Assembly: GCA_000708835.1 (NCBI GenBank)
Contig: DF237285.1
Location: 37,252 to 101,251, forward strand
DNA from: Klebsormidium nitens
Taxonomy: Eukaryota > Plantae > Klebsormidiophyceae
Length of the DNA: 64,000 bases
Reading direction: 5' to 3'
Part shown: positions 38,797 to 52,103 of the stretch, piece by piece
Layout of the letters: each line of letters starts with the position of its first letter
Numbering within the stretch: the stretch's first letter is position 1
Position numbers and translations under genes: made by a program
The notes under the pieces: model-generated
Told to the model about the DNA's origin: nothing
What the model saw: only the letters and a program-made list of their open reading frames with translations
Database searches by the model: none

Positions 38797-39530
38797 GGTC
38801 GCCGCACGTCGTGAGCAGCTTGCTCGACGAGAAGTCGGATCCGGAGGCTTCGAGTCAGGGCTTGAATCGTGGTTGTATATCTTCAACTCCTGTATACGTA
38901 TGATGATACTCTACCATGCAGGCGTCGAAGTGACTTGCAACCGTTGCAATCTATTGCAGCAAGCCGCCCCCTTGCTCAAGCTAATCAACTAAAAGCTAGT
39001 ACAACGCGCCACTACAGGTAAGTTGGCCCACAGCTTGACTCGCTTAGTTCAATTCGTATCCCTCCGAATCGACTGCACATGAGCAGGAGATCACTGGTGT
39101 GGCCTGGGGGAACTTTCATACTAGCTATGTATGTGCAGACGGTAATGCTGTACAGCATCCCGCTTTGCGTGTATATGTTCCGTATTTGAGAAGGTATAGT
39201 TCAATTCATTGGTAAGTTAGTACCGTACGTGCTCTGTATATTGCTCGTACTTTATTTTTATTAGCTCGTATACGCCACCGGCCGTCGGGCCTATATGAAT
39301 GTGTGACGGCGCATCAATCGATCATAATTGCGGGCCTGCTTATCGCGTAGGTACTTTTGAGCATCGCAAGAAGTGGGCCGTAAGTCACTGTTGCAAGCCC
39401 CTGGACAGGGGCACGTTATGTACTGACGCATCTGGTATACCGGGTGCTTCTAGAGCTGTTGTATTCAATTAAGTGGCCGGTATTTCACGTTATAGTTTCG
39501 CGATAGCTCGTGTGCAAGGTACGAAGAAAG
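38797..39530 (+). repeat. Copy B of the CLC-3'-end duplication, starting ~170 bp after the CR gene stop
   Basis: ggtcgccgcacgtcgtgagcagcttgctcgacgagaagtcggat... collinear with 32389-33130. Confidence 0.8.
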
Positions 39531-40053
39531 ACTGAGATCATCACTGCGGTGGCACTGGCAATGCCGCCAGCTGATCGCGGCTGCGCTCGACTGGGGGCCT
39601 ATATGGAGCGCGGGCAGCGAATTGCCGGACACAATGGTCTAACTATACGACTCTGCATTTAAAGGAACCGAAGTTGTGGAGCTCTTGGCAAGGCTGCTGC
39701 ATATGCACAAAGCCTTCAATGCATACAATGTAGGGTACAACGCACTTTGTGAGGTCACGTTGCATGATCCACTGCAACACCCTGGCGCTGAGTGGTGGGG
39801 CTCTTCTGCTCTTGCACATTCGCACCAAATTATTTGATCAAAACGAGCCTCTTTAAAACCATGTTGCTCTAGCCAGCACAGGACTAGCTTGTACCTGTGA
39901 ACAGGGGCGGCTTGATGCACATATGCACCCTTCATCCATTCCTTGGCCACTAAAGCGACGCCACACACAGAGAGGTCCTATCTTAAGCTTCCTCGATGAC
40001 AGGCGCTCCTATCAATCAACCGTTCGTGATCACTCGTATCTTCAAGCCGGTGG

Positions 40054-43000
40054 TCACAAGTCGAACTTGTCTGACGACGTGGGAAAATCGTAGTCCATGT
40101 CTTTCAGCGGATCAATACCCGGCTTCTTTCCCGCTTGCGACTCCGTCCACGTTTTCGCGATCGTCTTCTTCATCTCGTCATCCCCTTCGTCGTACAGCGT
40201 CTGCAATCAAGGAAGAGGTGAACGTACATGACCAAATTGGCGATTGGAATAAGATAAACCAATAAGCTGATTGGCCTGCGAGGGTAATATGCACTCCTTA
40301 ACAGCCCTCAGGCCGTGAGTCTTTTGGATTGCACTCAACACGAGTATGAATGACACTTTCCGAACGAATCGCAGAAGGTCCCCGTAAGCGACTCCTGTGG
40401 GTGTCCAACAAAAACTGTTACGGTCAAGTTCCTCATGAGTCATTCTCGTGACGGCCTTAACATTGCCTTTGGGAATCGGAGACTTCCAAGGTCCACAGAA
40501 AGTCCACAGAAGGCCTCAACACAGAAGGCTTGAGAACAGAGAGGGAAGCCCGGGAGAAGGACCAGGTGCCCAGACTCACTTTCATCAGGTCCATGATCCC
40601 GGCCATCGGATTGTCCTTCGAAGCAGCGGTGTCCTTCTTGTCGAACTGCGAAGAAGTAAGCATGGGCTCAGATTGGCGAACCGGTACTTCCAATCAAGGT
40701 GGGCACAACGTTGTGAAAGCAGATTCGCACTGCTCGAGACCATTCGCACTTCGCCGTTTGATGTCCCACGGCTGCAGATGTCGGACAAACTTCGGCGCTC
40801 TTTGGCTGTGCTGCGCATTCCCAGGGAATGATAAATAAAGTAGCTGCAACAAAGGGCTCAACTGCGTCTTCGTTCGGGGTGGGCATCAAACGTCGATCTT
40901 CAACGAAAAGGACGAAAAGGCACCCTTCCTTAGTGTTACGGCGGTCACATGGTCGGAGGAAGCGCAACGGAACATGATCATCAAGTTCGCTGCCAACCTC
41001 TGTTCCTTGTCCGGGACGCAAGAAGCACGATCAGTGGGGTTTGAGTGTTATGCCACGCAAAGGCCTTGTCGATCTGCTCTTTGCAAGCCGACCGTCCCGG
41101 GTCAGCAACTTTTTCCTTCGCGGGAATCGATGAATTGTCCTCACTGCTCAGAGGAAGTTACAAAAGCAACAACCCGCAGAGAAAACATGTACGCGAAAAA
41201 GTCGGCACGACAGCAGACGACAACCCGGTCCACGTCTGATTCGCAGTCTTCCTCTTACTTGCTATTAGTAAAAGCCCTCAACACGAAGCCGCACAACCGT
41301 CAGTCGGGAACCTGAAGATCCGCCTCCGAACAGCTGCTCAGACCATCATAAACTCGTCGGCCAGGCAACGATACTGATAAAACGTTCCCCACCTCACCTT
41401 GCTCTCTTTATGGTACAGGTCCAGCCAGTGCTTCCGCTCCGCCTTGGGCATCGTAATCGTGATACGCTTCGGTTTCACCGCCACACTAGATCTCTTAGGG
41501 TCGATCTTGCCGTGGAGTTGGTGGACTGCCGCCCGAAAGTGCTTGCCCGCCACGTCCTGCAGCCGGACGTCGAATGATGTCGGTGTGAAGTCAGCGATGA
41601 CGCGGTCCTGCGACGCACCCTCGATGAAGATGTAGATCTGCAGATATGGTGACTTCTTCAGAATCTTAAGAATGACAGCAAAGATCTCGCAGGGATGTTG
41701 GGACAGTTTGAACAATATGAAATCTGGACAATGCGGCCCTACGACGCTCCCTCAATGGAAAATAAGATCTGCGAACCCATGAGGAATTTCAATGCGGGGT
41801 CCAATCTGTTTCACGTTTTTCCTTTCAAAGGTTTAAGAAATCTCGAACGAGCCCGGCGGAAACGTCAACACACCCAGATCTATGACGCGGTCTCAATGAA
41901 GACATAAATATGGACAAGCAGATGTACAAAGGGTTACGTGACCGTTTTCCCCCGCCTTCGGGGACATCGTTCGCAAAGGTTTTCTCGGTATAAGAGGAGA
42001 TGTTTTCAGCTTTTTTGGAGCTGTCATAAGAGACATAGAGTCCTCAACGAGAGAAAAGAGGAAAACGCTCCTTTCGGCAGCCTTTACTTCGTTGTCCGTC
42101 TTCTGTCCTGGCGTCTTTTGCTGGGGACTTGTGTTAAAACGTGTGCTCCTTCTGAAAGGGGTGCGGGCGAGACTCAGATATAAAAACACAGAGAAGCGAG
42201 AGTTGAGTCAGTGAGGAACCAGGATCAACCAGGCTCAATCCCAGAAAAGATGTGGGATAGTAAGGGGCCAGATAGATGAGAATTGACAATCTTCGTCGAA
42301 TTGGTTCGAATATCTCGCTAGACCTTTGTACAGATTCACTTAGAGATAAGGGAGTCTGTAAAAGGTTGCTGCCAAACAGGACGGTACTGACCATTCAAAC
42401 GCGAACTAGCATAAACACTGATTTGAATCATTGTCTCTACTGAAGCATTTGAATGACCATTTGAGCCCATCACCAACTGTCATGCACGATTTCAGTCCAA
42501 CGTTAAACTTACGAATCACTTCACGTTTCTCCGTGAACTTCAAAACGTGTTCAAGATATCAAATGCCGAACCCGCGCACCTGCCTGCAACCTTTACTTCC
42601 GTTTTCTCTAATTCCATCTACTTGATACTTGCCAATCTGGTCTAATGACCATATAAGATGCAATTCGCAAAATTGAGTACATACCTTGACTTTGTCGGAG
42701 TCCTGGTCCCAGCTGAGAGTCGAGAGCGTTGTGTAGTCTATCCGCGGCACCGAAGGCTTCACTGCGACGGGCTTTATCTTGATTCCATCAGACTTGTCCT
42801 TTTTCTCTGGTCCCTACACAGATCAAAGCGCCACACCAACAAGTCAATTGTGGTACTGTGATTCCTGTCAACGTAAGAGCTGGCTGATTGCTCAGAATAA
42901 CTGCGGCGATCAACCATGATTCTTGCATCCTAGAAGGAATGAACGCACATTTATACGCGAACTTCAAAGAGCACTGGGATTAAATACCATAAAAAGCAGT

Positions 43001-43948
43001 TGATAAGCTCAGATGAGGTGAGTCCAAGAGATTGCAAGACTGGTCTAAATGAAGGTTCGGTATCAAGAACAGGTTGCACTCACAGATGCGAGGAGGTATG
43101 CCAGGGACGATGATGTTAGCATAAAAATACTGCCCCTCAAATCTTGCTCTCAAGATGACTCTCAACTAATATTGGGCTTTGATTGCCACCGTCCTTTCAA
43201 TTACGAGGAAATGATCGCAGATCTCTAGGTGAGGCAGACTGTGGAAGGGTCACTCTGCCAATTGCAAGGCGCTCCTATCATGGTCTGACCACCAGCCAAC
43301 AGCCAATTGAAACAAGGATTTGATTTCAATTTGAGAAACTCAAAGGAAAACATGGAGGAACAGTCAGAACGACGACTCAAAAGTTGACCCTGGATCAGGC
43401 TTTCCAACTATGACTGTCAGTGAGTAACTTGAACTAAAAAGGTTTGAAAGGAGCGTTTCAATTTATGTGCAATGAATGCTGAGCAACATAGATTTATCAA
43501 TTAAAACCTGCTTGTGTTGGCGACAAAAAGAGGATAGACTTCCAGGAGAGACAAAACTCTCTACATACGGGGTCCTTTGTTCTAAAAGATGCACAATACC
43601 ATCCTGCTTAAGAGTGCTAAGGGTTTATGGCGGTTTGATAATAGATAGTTGATCTCTGATGCCGACAAACATCGCAAGGCTCGTTGATTGTTTGAAATGT
43701 TCTCCTAGATGGTGGTGAGTAAGCCAACAAATATGCTTTGCAAAATGAAGTACACGGTGGCACTATTGCAAGGGATAGCACAATTGGACCAATTGCAGAA
43801 GATTTTATTGTCAGCGCCACCTTTTCAATCTCCTGCAGCTCCTTCTCCAGCAAGCATTTCACGGCCGCTGGCATTCCGCGAGCAAGCGCTTGAGCTCCTC
43901 GATGTCGGCTTTGAGATCTTCCGTATCCCCGTTTGTTGCAGCCATCAT
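40054..43948 (-). CDS. CACYBP: Calcyclin-binding protein / Siah-interacting protein (Siah-binding N-terminus, CS domain, SGS domain); apparent frameshift in exon 1
   Basis: Exons: MMAAT...DLKADIEELKRLL / VKCLLEKELQEIEK; YTTLSTLSWDQDSDKVK; IYIFIEG...GKIDPKRSSVAVKPKRITITMPK...HWLDL; DNPMAGIMDLMK; TLYDEGDDEMKKTIAKTW...DKFDL* (TGA at 40054-40056). Confidence 0.88.
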
Positions 43949-44811
43949 GGCTGACCTCCTGCCCTGCTAGGACTTTCTGAATTAGGCGCACAGATGGGCG
44001 CAGATTTTGGGCTTAGAGCTCAGTACTTTGAAGTTTGACACTGACAGACTCGGAGCTCTCGACTCTCGAGCTCAGGACTTGTTCGCGCGCGAGAACGCGA
44101 ACAGTGAAAACCAATCGCTGGGGCGGCCGCCGAGCGTCCAAGTGAGGCCGACGTCACGATCCTGAGGTTCGACGGCGATGCCTTTGGAAAAGACGGGGTC
44201 GTTGATGCGGGTCGATGTCGCCCACAGATTGTTGTTCAGATTTTTTGATGAGGCCTAGTTGTGCGTTCCACGAAAGCCACAGGATCCGCTTAATGGGCGG
44301 CTCAAATCTCGTCTGAGCAAAACTGGACGCTCCAGATTGATTCTAGCGGATCGTATTCTTATCTTCGAAGACGAAACCGTCGAAGTGGGAGTTCCACTCC
44401 GGAAACTCGAGAGCGCTCAGCAAAAGGAGCGAGAGAGAAAGGGGACGCGTTCGGAGGAGGAAGAAGGGCCAAACTGCGGGCGTCACGGGATTCAAATTTG
44501 AATTCTAGGGTTCCATTGTTTGGTCAGCTGCGCGTTTGGTGCCTGCCCTAGCTGCAGCTGTTGGGCCCTTCTTGTGTGGCCCATGGGGGCTTCGCGTGTT
44601 TGAGAAGGTGCATACCCAGGTCATTTAATATGCATTGAAACTCTGGTAAGTGAACGCAGACTTGGTTACAGTGTGCCGAATTACGGCGGTGATCAGAACA
44701 CATATTGCAGCTAGTTTTTCCCAGGACATGGGGTATAGGTTGCTCTAGCTTACGAGGTTAAGCACACGGAATTTGGATCCTGTGAGTTTGTCCACACATT
44801 CAGCACCTCAA

Positions 44812-47800
44812 ATGGAGGGCCCCCCTCACTTCCACCACATGCCCTCCCCGTATGGCATGGTTGCTGAGCACGGTCATGGGATGCAAGCCCCCCATGGACT
44901 GCAGCAGTATCACCAGGTACCGCATCACCCTGAGCAAGGGGGGGCGCACCCTGAGGGGCACTTGCAGGCTCAGGCGCATGCTTATAATCCTGGACAGCAA
45001 GGCCATCATCAGGAAGGCCAGGTGCCGGGCTCAGGACTGGACCCAGGGCAGGAATATCAGGATGGGAGCCTGTACTCGGCCGTTGTGGAGGCTGGGATGG
45101 AAAAGGTGAGTGCCTGATGGATAACCAGACCTAGGATTGGGGGAGGTGTATAATGCGATTGAAGACTGGTCTTCAAGGGCGGTGGGAAGTGCAGATGGCT
45201 GGCTCAACGTGTATTTGAGGCTTCACCACCTTTACCAGGATTCCACCCACTCGTATCCAGGTAGCTTTGCTACTCACGAGCCTGTGTCAGACTGAGTGTA
45301 CTTAAAAGAGTGTATATAAGCATTGTGAGGAGCAGATAGCTGATAGGTTGTCTGCTAATGGCAGTGAAATGGCTTTTAGAAAACCATGGTTCTTTGAGAT
45401 AGTCTTGTTATACAAGAAAATGCTTTTGTAGTCCTTGGCGTTTGCTGAAAAAGGCGTGTCACTCCTACCGCTATCACTAGCGTGCTGGCTTGAGTGAGTT
45501 GTCTGCTTTCTCATGTATTTTTGAAGCCGCACAAATCCGATCTCTTGACCAGCTTCGTCGAGATAGAACATCAGTTCTTTTGTCAGCCGCTTTTGCTGGC
45601 CCTTTTTGACATAGCCTTTTACCTCTGCTTGAATAGGTGGCTGATCTCTTAGTTCTTTCCTGTTGACCAACACATCTGCAAGTTGTCAGAAGTACCGAGT
45701 CTTTTCAGCAATGCAACATCCTTGGACGATTCTCACCCGTACGGTGCAGTTCTGAACCTTTTGCGGAAGGCGCTCACCTTCTCGTCCCCACTCTCTCGAT
45801 GAGATGAAGCCAACGACGTCCTCTGAATCCCAACCATATTTTTAGCCAAGGTAAAGTACACCTTAAAACCAGTGTTCACCAATCATTACAGGCACCTGCC
45901 GAAGATGTTGATGACGAGCTTTTGGCCCGCGTTGAGGTCAGCGAGCTGACCGACGCCCAGATCCGGACACGTTTGAAGCTGCTAACCGCTGAGGCGCAGA
46001 AGCGGGGAGTCCAGGTGGATGACTGGCTCCCTGGGGTGCACCCCCCCCCGCTAAGCGATGCGGAGCAACTCAAGGTGGAGAAGGCGCGCAATGCCAAGGC
46101 GGAACGGCGTTTGGGGCGCATCTTCGAGGGGCTGGTCAAGGAAGTGGGGGGATATGGCTGGATCTATGGGTTCATCACCGCTTCAGGTGGGGGGGGGGAC
46201 TTGGTGCTGGGGTTTAGAAGATTCTCCCATCAATTGCTGAAAGCAGAAGTCCTCTGTATTTTGGAGGAAGTTGTACATCGGGTTTGTGTATCCAGTGTTT
46301 CAGGTATTAGCGCCGTGGCAGAAGAGCTCTGTACACTTGTGATGGGGCAATCGACGTTTGTTATGGGTTTTGAGTTCACTTTTTGTCATGTGGGGGGTAG
46401 CAACTAGGTGCGCTCTGGTGAAATGTTTTGTAGAGTCTACGCAATCGAGACTATGCTTAGTCGCAGGTACGATAAAGAGTACTTAGGACGTTGTGAGAGG
46501 AGGGCGTGCAGAAGTTTGCATCACTTTAAGAAGTGGCTACTAATACAGAAAGCAAGGATGCTCATCAGAACGGCGAAAGGTGCCTGAGTCTTAATGATGA
46601 AGCATCCGGGTGTCTTTTCTTTTGGGACAACTTTCTTATATTATTCAATTTTTCTTCTGACAAGGTTCTTAGCTTGTTTGCGTCTGCGCGATTGTACGTT
46701 GCTCAACTTCCGTCTCAACAAGAGCACTGCAATTGCTTCTTGTACAAAGCGTAGGGGGCTTCGCACGTTTCTCCTGCTCCAAAAACCTGATCATGTAATC
46801 TGAGGAGCATCTCACTCATCTTGCGCCCCTATTCTCACAGGCCAGCCCAAGTCGGGCGCGAGCGAGAGCATGCGCAAGTGGTGGCTCGAGCAAGTCCGCT
46901 TCAACGAGGTCGCGTGCCCCGACCGCAAAGCTCCGCTCAATGCGGCCCGCCTCCCCAAGACCGCAAACCTCTCCGACTGTGACGGGAAGTCACCGCAGCA
47001 GTTGATGATCAAGCTGACGCACCGGCAGCTGGCGTCGATGGCGTCCGAGTGGCTGCGGTTGTGCGAGCCCTCGGCGGCGCAGTACCCGCTGAACGGGTCA
47101 GGGGGATCCCCCCCTTGGTGGCCGGAGAACATCCAGTACAAGAAGCCGGACCTGCTGAAGAACCAGGCGCTGACAGAGGTGGGGGAAGCGCAATGAGTAT
47201 GTTGCATGAGACTTGTACGGCTGTAAATAGGCTATTGTCCAGAGAGTGTGAAGGTTTGAGAGTAATTGAGAGCTGCTGGTCAACTGGGACAGGTCTTTTC
47301 TCTACTCTTGAATATGCAGTACTTGTTTTGGCAATCTGGTTTTGTTTCTTCCTTATCATCTTTAAGGCTTGGGACCATCTCCTCAGGTTTCCGGGGCTGA
47401 CCAAGCTGGATGTCACAGATTGATAAGATCAAATTTGAGATGGCAGACACTTGACTTTGATGGCTTCCGATTGCATTTTGATTGCACATCCGGTCCTGCA
47501 GATTTCCCGCTTGAGGATCTCTGTAGCGAGTAACTGTATCCAATTCTATCTCGGTCTCTTCACTGGGGCCATAACAAGTTTGTATTATCGAGACTCCGAA
47601 GTTGCGCCCTAACCGACGCTCAAACCCTTTTCTTGACCCTTACAGGTCCTGGAGCTGGGCCTCAAGAACTTCTTGCCCAACATGTTTGCGACTGACGCCT
47701 CGGAGGTGCTGATCAAGATCCTGATCCGGTCCAAGGTCCTGCGGAAGGCAGGGGCTGCCGAGATCGCCATTGTGGTCAAGGTCATCAACACTGCCGTTGC

Positions 47801-48990
47801 GCTTTGGGCCAAGCCGGATCCTCGTGAGTGTCCCTTTCTCGCACTTATCCTTGCTTCCAAATTCTTCAAAATCGGTTGATCTTTTTCCCCTCCTGTGTTT
47901 TAGGGTCCTTTGCGTCCTGAACGCTTTCTCAATCTCTTTGCGCTCGAGGTGTGGTGGTGTCAATTTTGTCTTGTATCTTGAGGTGTGACAATCATCTACC
48001 CAGGTGAAGTTGATAGGTCTCTGGAGGGTTTAACCGGGGTAAGGACTCACTCGAATATCTCCAGGCAGTCATTCGTTCCCTCAACCTCGAGGGATGGTGG
48101 CGTATAGAGCTGCGATCTTGCAACATGTTGCAGAAGACGAGTTCGAACCAGATCAGAACCCTTTTGGATTCAAGATAGAAGTAACAGAAGACCAAAGAAC
48201 CTGTGCGATTGTCACCAGAAATCCGGACGATTGGAGGGTTGCCCACCCCGGTATATTGTAGAGGGGAGATCCAGTTTTGTCCACTCGTTGCCGACTGCTC
48301 GACTTGTTCTCTTTTCACTAGAAATGCTTCAGGACCGTAGCGCATCTTGATATGCAATGTGAAGCTTGACGGGGATGCTTTCTGGCGTGCAGCGAGGAGA
48401 GCAGCCGCCCCTGGTCAAGCGGGGGGGCGGCGAGGCCGGCCGAAGAGAAGCGAGGGGGGGACCAACTACTCTGGGCTGTTGGCAGGTAAGAAAGGGGCAA
48501 TACCAGGCAGTGTTCGCTGTCCGTGATTGCTCCTGCCCAGCAGGAAGTCTGTTCTTTGCGTCCTCCAACATGCGTTGTCAATCATCGATATCCGTGTTCT
48601 GAACAACACAGGAGATAGAAAATCGATTCCTGATTCGTTTCAGTCTGAATCATTCTCTCTCCACCAGGCGTTGACGGCTCGGGCTTCAAGCGGAAGCGGC
48701 GCAAGCGCGAGGAGATCGAGGAGCGGCCGTTCAAGTGCGAACTGTGCGACCACCCGGGGTACACGTCCCGGGGGGGCTTGTCCGACCACAAGTGCACGTC
48801 CGGCGTCCGGATGGATCACATGCAGGACGGCGGCCTGGGGGGGGCTCAGATTGTGGTCCCCGTGGCGTCACAAATGGGGGGGCAGATGGTGGGGCAAGGG
48901 ATGGATCCGGGAATGGATCATCCGGCGATGGGGTATCACCACGAGGACACAGCGATAGGCCAGATGCATGGGCATGGCATGCCGTCATGA
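44812..48990 (+). CDS. EIN3: EIN3/EIL-like transcription factor with additional AT-hook, NLS and zinc finger; 6 coding exons
   Basis: Exons ~44812-45105 (H/Q/G-rich), ~45893-46190 (GYGWIYGFIT), ~46841-47181 (SGASESMRKWWLEQVRF...LCEP...YPL...SPPWWP...YKKPDLLK), ~47646-47822 (LIRSKVL), 48393-48485 (RRGRPKR) and 48669-48990 (KRKRRKR...ERPFKCELCDHPGYTSRGGLSDHKC). The central block matches EIN3 motifs GFVYGII / GASDNLREWWK..VRF / CDPPQR.FPL..G.PPPWWP / YKKPHDLKK / VRQSK.L. Confidence 0.8.
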
Positions 48991-50142
48991 CACGACTTAC
49001 TACAGCGCTTTGATGCAATGAACAATTTCGAAGTGGTGCAAAATGACGGCGCACATGCTAGGTTGCATGGTAGGACTACTGTTGTTGCATTATGATAAGT
49101 AGGTCTAGGTTAGTGTACAATAAAAAAATGTTCTGGCGGATGGTCGATATGATTAAAGTAGACTCGGAAATGCTTTGCAAAATGAAAGTTGATGTCGCTT
49201 CGATGTACTGACGAGTATCGTGTCAAATGCAATTGTAAGCATCTCAGGCTGGATGGCGCCAGTTTAGTGTTCTCTGGATTGTGGTCTCTCATGGTTCTTT
49301 TTGGCCATGACAAAAGTTTTCCGGTTTTACTGTATAGTCTGTAGGCTTGACGCGCATGTAAAGATGGCGAGTATCCAAGTCCAGCGTCCAGTACACGATC
49401 GGAGGTGTGCTTTCATCTGACAATGTCCGCTCGAGTTTCAGTTGTTGTTCTAGAACAGTCACACAGCTCGCGCCAATCCCTACATGGACTCACCGTGGCC
49501 CCGGCTCATGTGCATATACCTATACAGAGATCGATACGATAGTAATTCTAGCTCGAGTCCCACCTGCATCATAGTGCAGACCGTCCCATGGCCCCGCGCC
49601 GGCGACCAACGATCATGCAACCAATTACGGCCGCGCACATGTGCTCTTAATCCGATTTACATGGCCGCCATGCATGGTCTGGCACTCACTGTGCCGGATC
49701 ATGCAGCTCCTCGAGCCACCGTCGAACATACATGATGTAAGGCGGCCGCGCCTACGACCCCAGGCCTGAGGCTTCATGGCAGCTGTGCATCCCAGGCCTG
49801 CGGCAGGACAATTGCTGCTATCCATGCGCAGTAATATACGAAGAAGGGCTCAAGCGCTCATGGTTCTGAACACTTGAAAGTTGGAGAAGCGCTTGACAGC
49901 ACTCAGACGTCATTCTTTTGACTAGGTGGATGAATCCTACAAGCTCTAAGGCTAGCTACGCTCTTTCAGCGACCAATCGACCTTTTGCCCACAAGCAGGC
50001 GACAGCAACCTTTCCCTATTCTAATTTTCACAGCGAGCTAAAGGCTAAAACTCTGCAACGGGTTACTCCTTGGTGCTCAGACCAAGTGTACATTGCAAGC
50101 AATTCGGAGCGCAAGTGCGTGCTGATACGACGACGTATCAGT

Positions 50143-52103
50143 TCAAGCCGTTCCCCAGAAGATGCCGAGCGCAATACCCTGGAGGGAAACAGCGCGCACT
50201 TCATCAGTTGCTTCCATTGAGAATTCCCATGTGTTCTTGAAAGGCCGAAGAGCTGCGGCTTCCAATAATGTGGGAGACCTCGGCAGAAAGCCCATTACTG
50301 GAGGTGGACTACAAACCAGAACTCCATGAAGTAGCAATAGAAAAGCGCACCTGAAAAAAGCGATGGATCGCCGAAGCGCGGGCGACTTACTGTCTTTGAA
50401 AGAGTCGCGATTACCTAAACCCAGTTTTTAAAAGGGTAACAAGCTCCCCGAAGGCGTTCACAATGAGCCTGAGCTACAGCCCTTTCAGTCCACACGGTCA
50501 AGGTGAGGAGTGTTCCTTATTGCTATGGCGTCCAAAAAGCAAGTAAGTCTTTTCTCTATGACTTTGGCAGAGCAGGTCAAACAAATCCACTTCACGACCT
50601 CAGCGAAGCACGAGGCAACACGCTCTCTTTGATGACGTCAAGGAGAGGTTCACCAGCTATCTCAGCGACTTTTCCGTAGCTCGAACGCTGGGCTTCATGC
50701 CCAATGACGTCACCAACACCAGAAAGAACCTGTCCCCCATTACGTCGGCACAAAAGAGTCACCCGCAAACAGACTCACCCACTGCTTGAGTGGAATCTCT
50801 TGAACTTGAGGCTGGCCTTCTTGCCGGTGCTCTTCGAATGACGTCAACAAAGAAGAAAAAAGGTTTTCCCATAACGTCAGCGAACTCACCCACTGCTCGA
50901 GCGGGTTCTTCTTGGGTTTCAGGCTGGGCTTCTTGCCGGTGATCTTGACGAAGTCCTCGATGATCTCGCGCTTGGTCAGCGAGACCGTCAGCCGTGGCCG
51001 CTTGAGCGGCTCCGGCTTGTCTCCCTCCTCGCGCTCCGCCGCGCGCCGCGTGCGCTTGCGCCTCTGCCGCGCCTCCGCCTCCAACTCCTCGTCCGAGTCC
51101 CTGAGAGACATGTGAAAAAGATCAATAAGATCCTGATGAAGATTAGAGAGTGTTGAGATAAAAGAGAGTATTGAAATGATAGCAAAAACGCTTTGGAACG
51201 ACGGTGGTTGAGTGCCGCGCCTCCGCCTCCAACTCCTCGTTCGAGTCCCTGAGAAAACGATGGGACGGATTGAGTCAAAAGTCAGTTCAGACTTGGATAC
51301 TGTTGAGATGAAAGGACAGGATGCGAGACAGAGTGAAGCTAGAGCGACCCTCGGACGTTATGGACCAGAAAAAGGAATGATACGGAAGAAAATACGATCC
51401 TAAACGATTGTGTGGCGTACCTCCGCCTTAGACTGCGTCTGAGCCCCTGGGCACAGGTTTTTCAAAGCACACCAGGTGACAGCTTACAATAAGGAGAACG
51501 TTATTGAAATTTTGAGTCCGTTTCAAAAGCTGTTGTTCCTGCTTTGTGACGCAATGTGCTTCTTCGCCCTGTAGCTCCTCAAAGGAAGCCCTGCGAAAAT
51601 CAGCCCGACCGTCTGGACGTTCGGATTCTGGTCAGAAATGGCGGAGCTTAATGACATCTGGAGCTGATAACGAACTTCGAGGCCACGTTTGGTGTGATGC
51701 GATTTGAAGGGCTTCAGATCCGCTCAGATCTAGGAACGTTTGGACCTCTGTTCCTCTCACATCGTGCATCCAATGCGATCCGATAGGCGGGGAAAGCAAG
51801 CACCAGCTTAGCGATATCTGGCTTCAGATCGACGTGCTTCAACTTTTGCAAGAGGCCTTTAAGACAGTTCTGCTCACACCACTACAACCCACTCACCTCT
51901 CTTTCGGCGTCCTTTTTACGGCGGGCCTCTTGCCCTTCTTCTTCTTCTGTTGCGCGGCTTTGATCTTATTCCGCGCCCCGCTGGCGCGCGCGGCCCCTCT
52001 CCTCGAAGGCGGCCTGCTGGGGGTCGCCTCCCGCTCCTCCTCGGGGGGCGTGGGCGAGTCTGAGTCAGCGCCGGCGCGGTGGTTGCGGCCGCGCTTTCTT
52101 ATC
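50143..52103 (-). CDS. 3' exons of a protein with a DUF1639-like C-terminal motif (last exon and start uncertain)
   Basis: Phase-compatible exons 52103-51897 (basic/acidic low complexity) and 51100-50891 (PRLTVSLTKREIIEDFVKITGKKPSLKPKK, similar to the DUF1639 pattern SLSKEEIEEDF..M.G.KP..RPKKR). Confidence 0.6.
50770..51450 (-). repeat. Intronic echoes of both ends of the DUF1639-like exon
   Basis: Acceptor-end copies at ~51215-51253 and ~51418-51450 (gactcg.acgaggagttggaggcggagg); donor-end copy at ~50771-50836 (actcacccactgcttgag...cttgccggtg versus the true 50884-50940). Confidence 0.75.
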
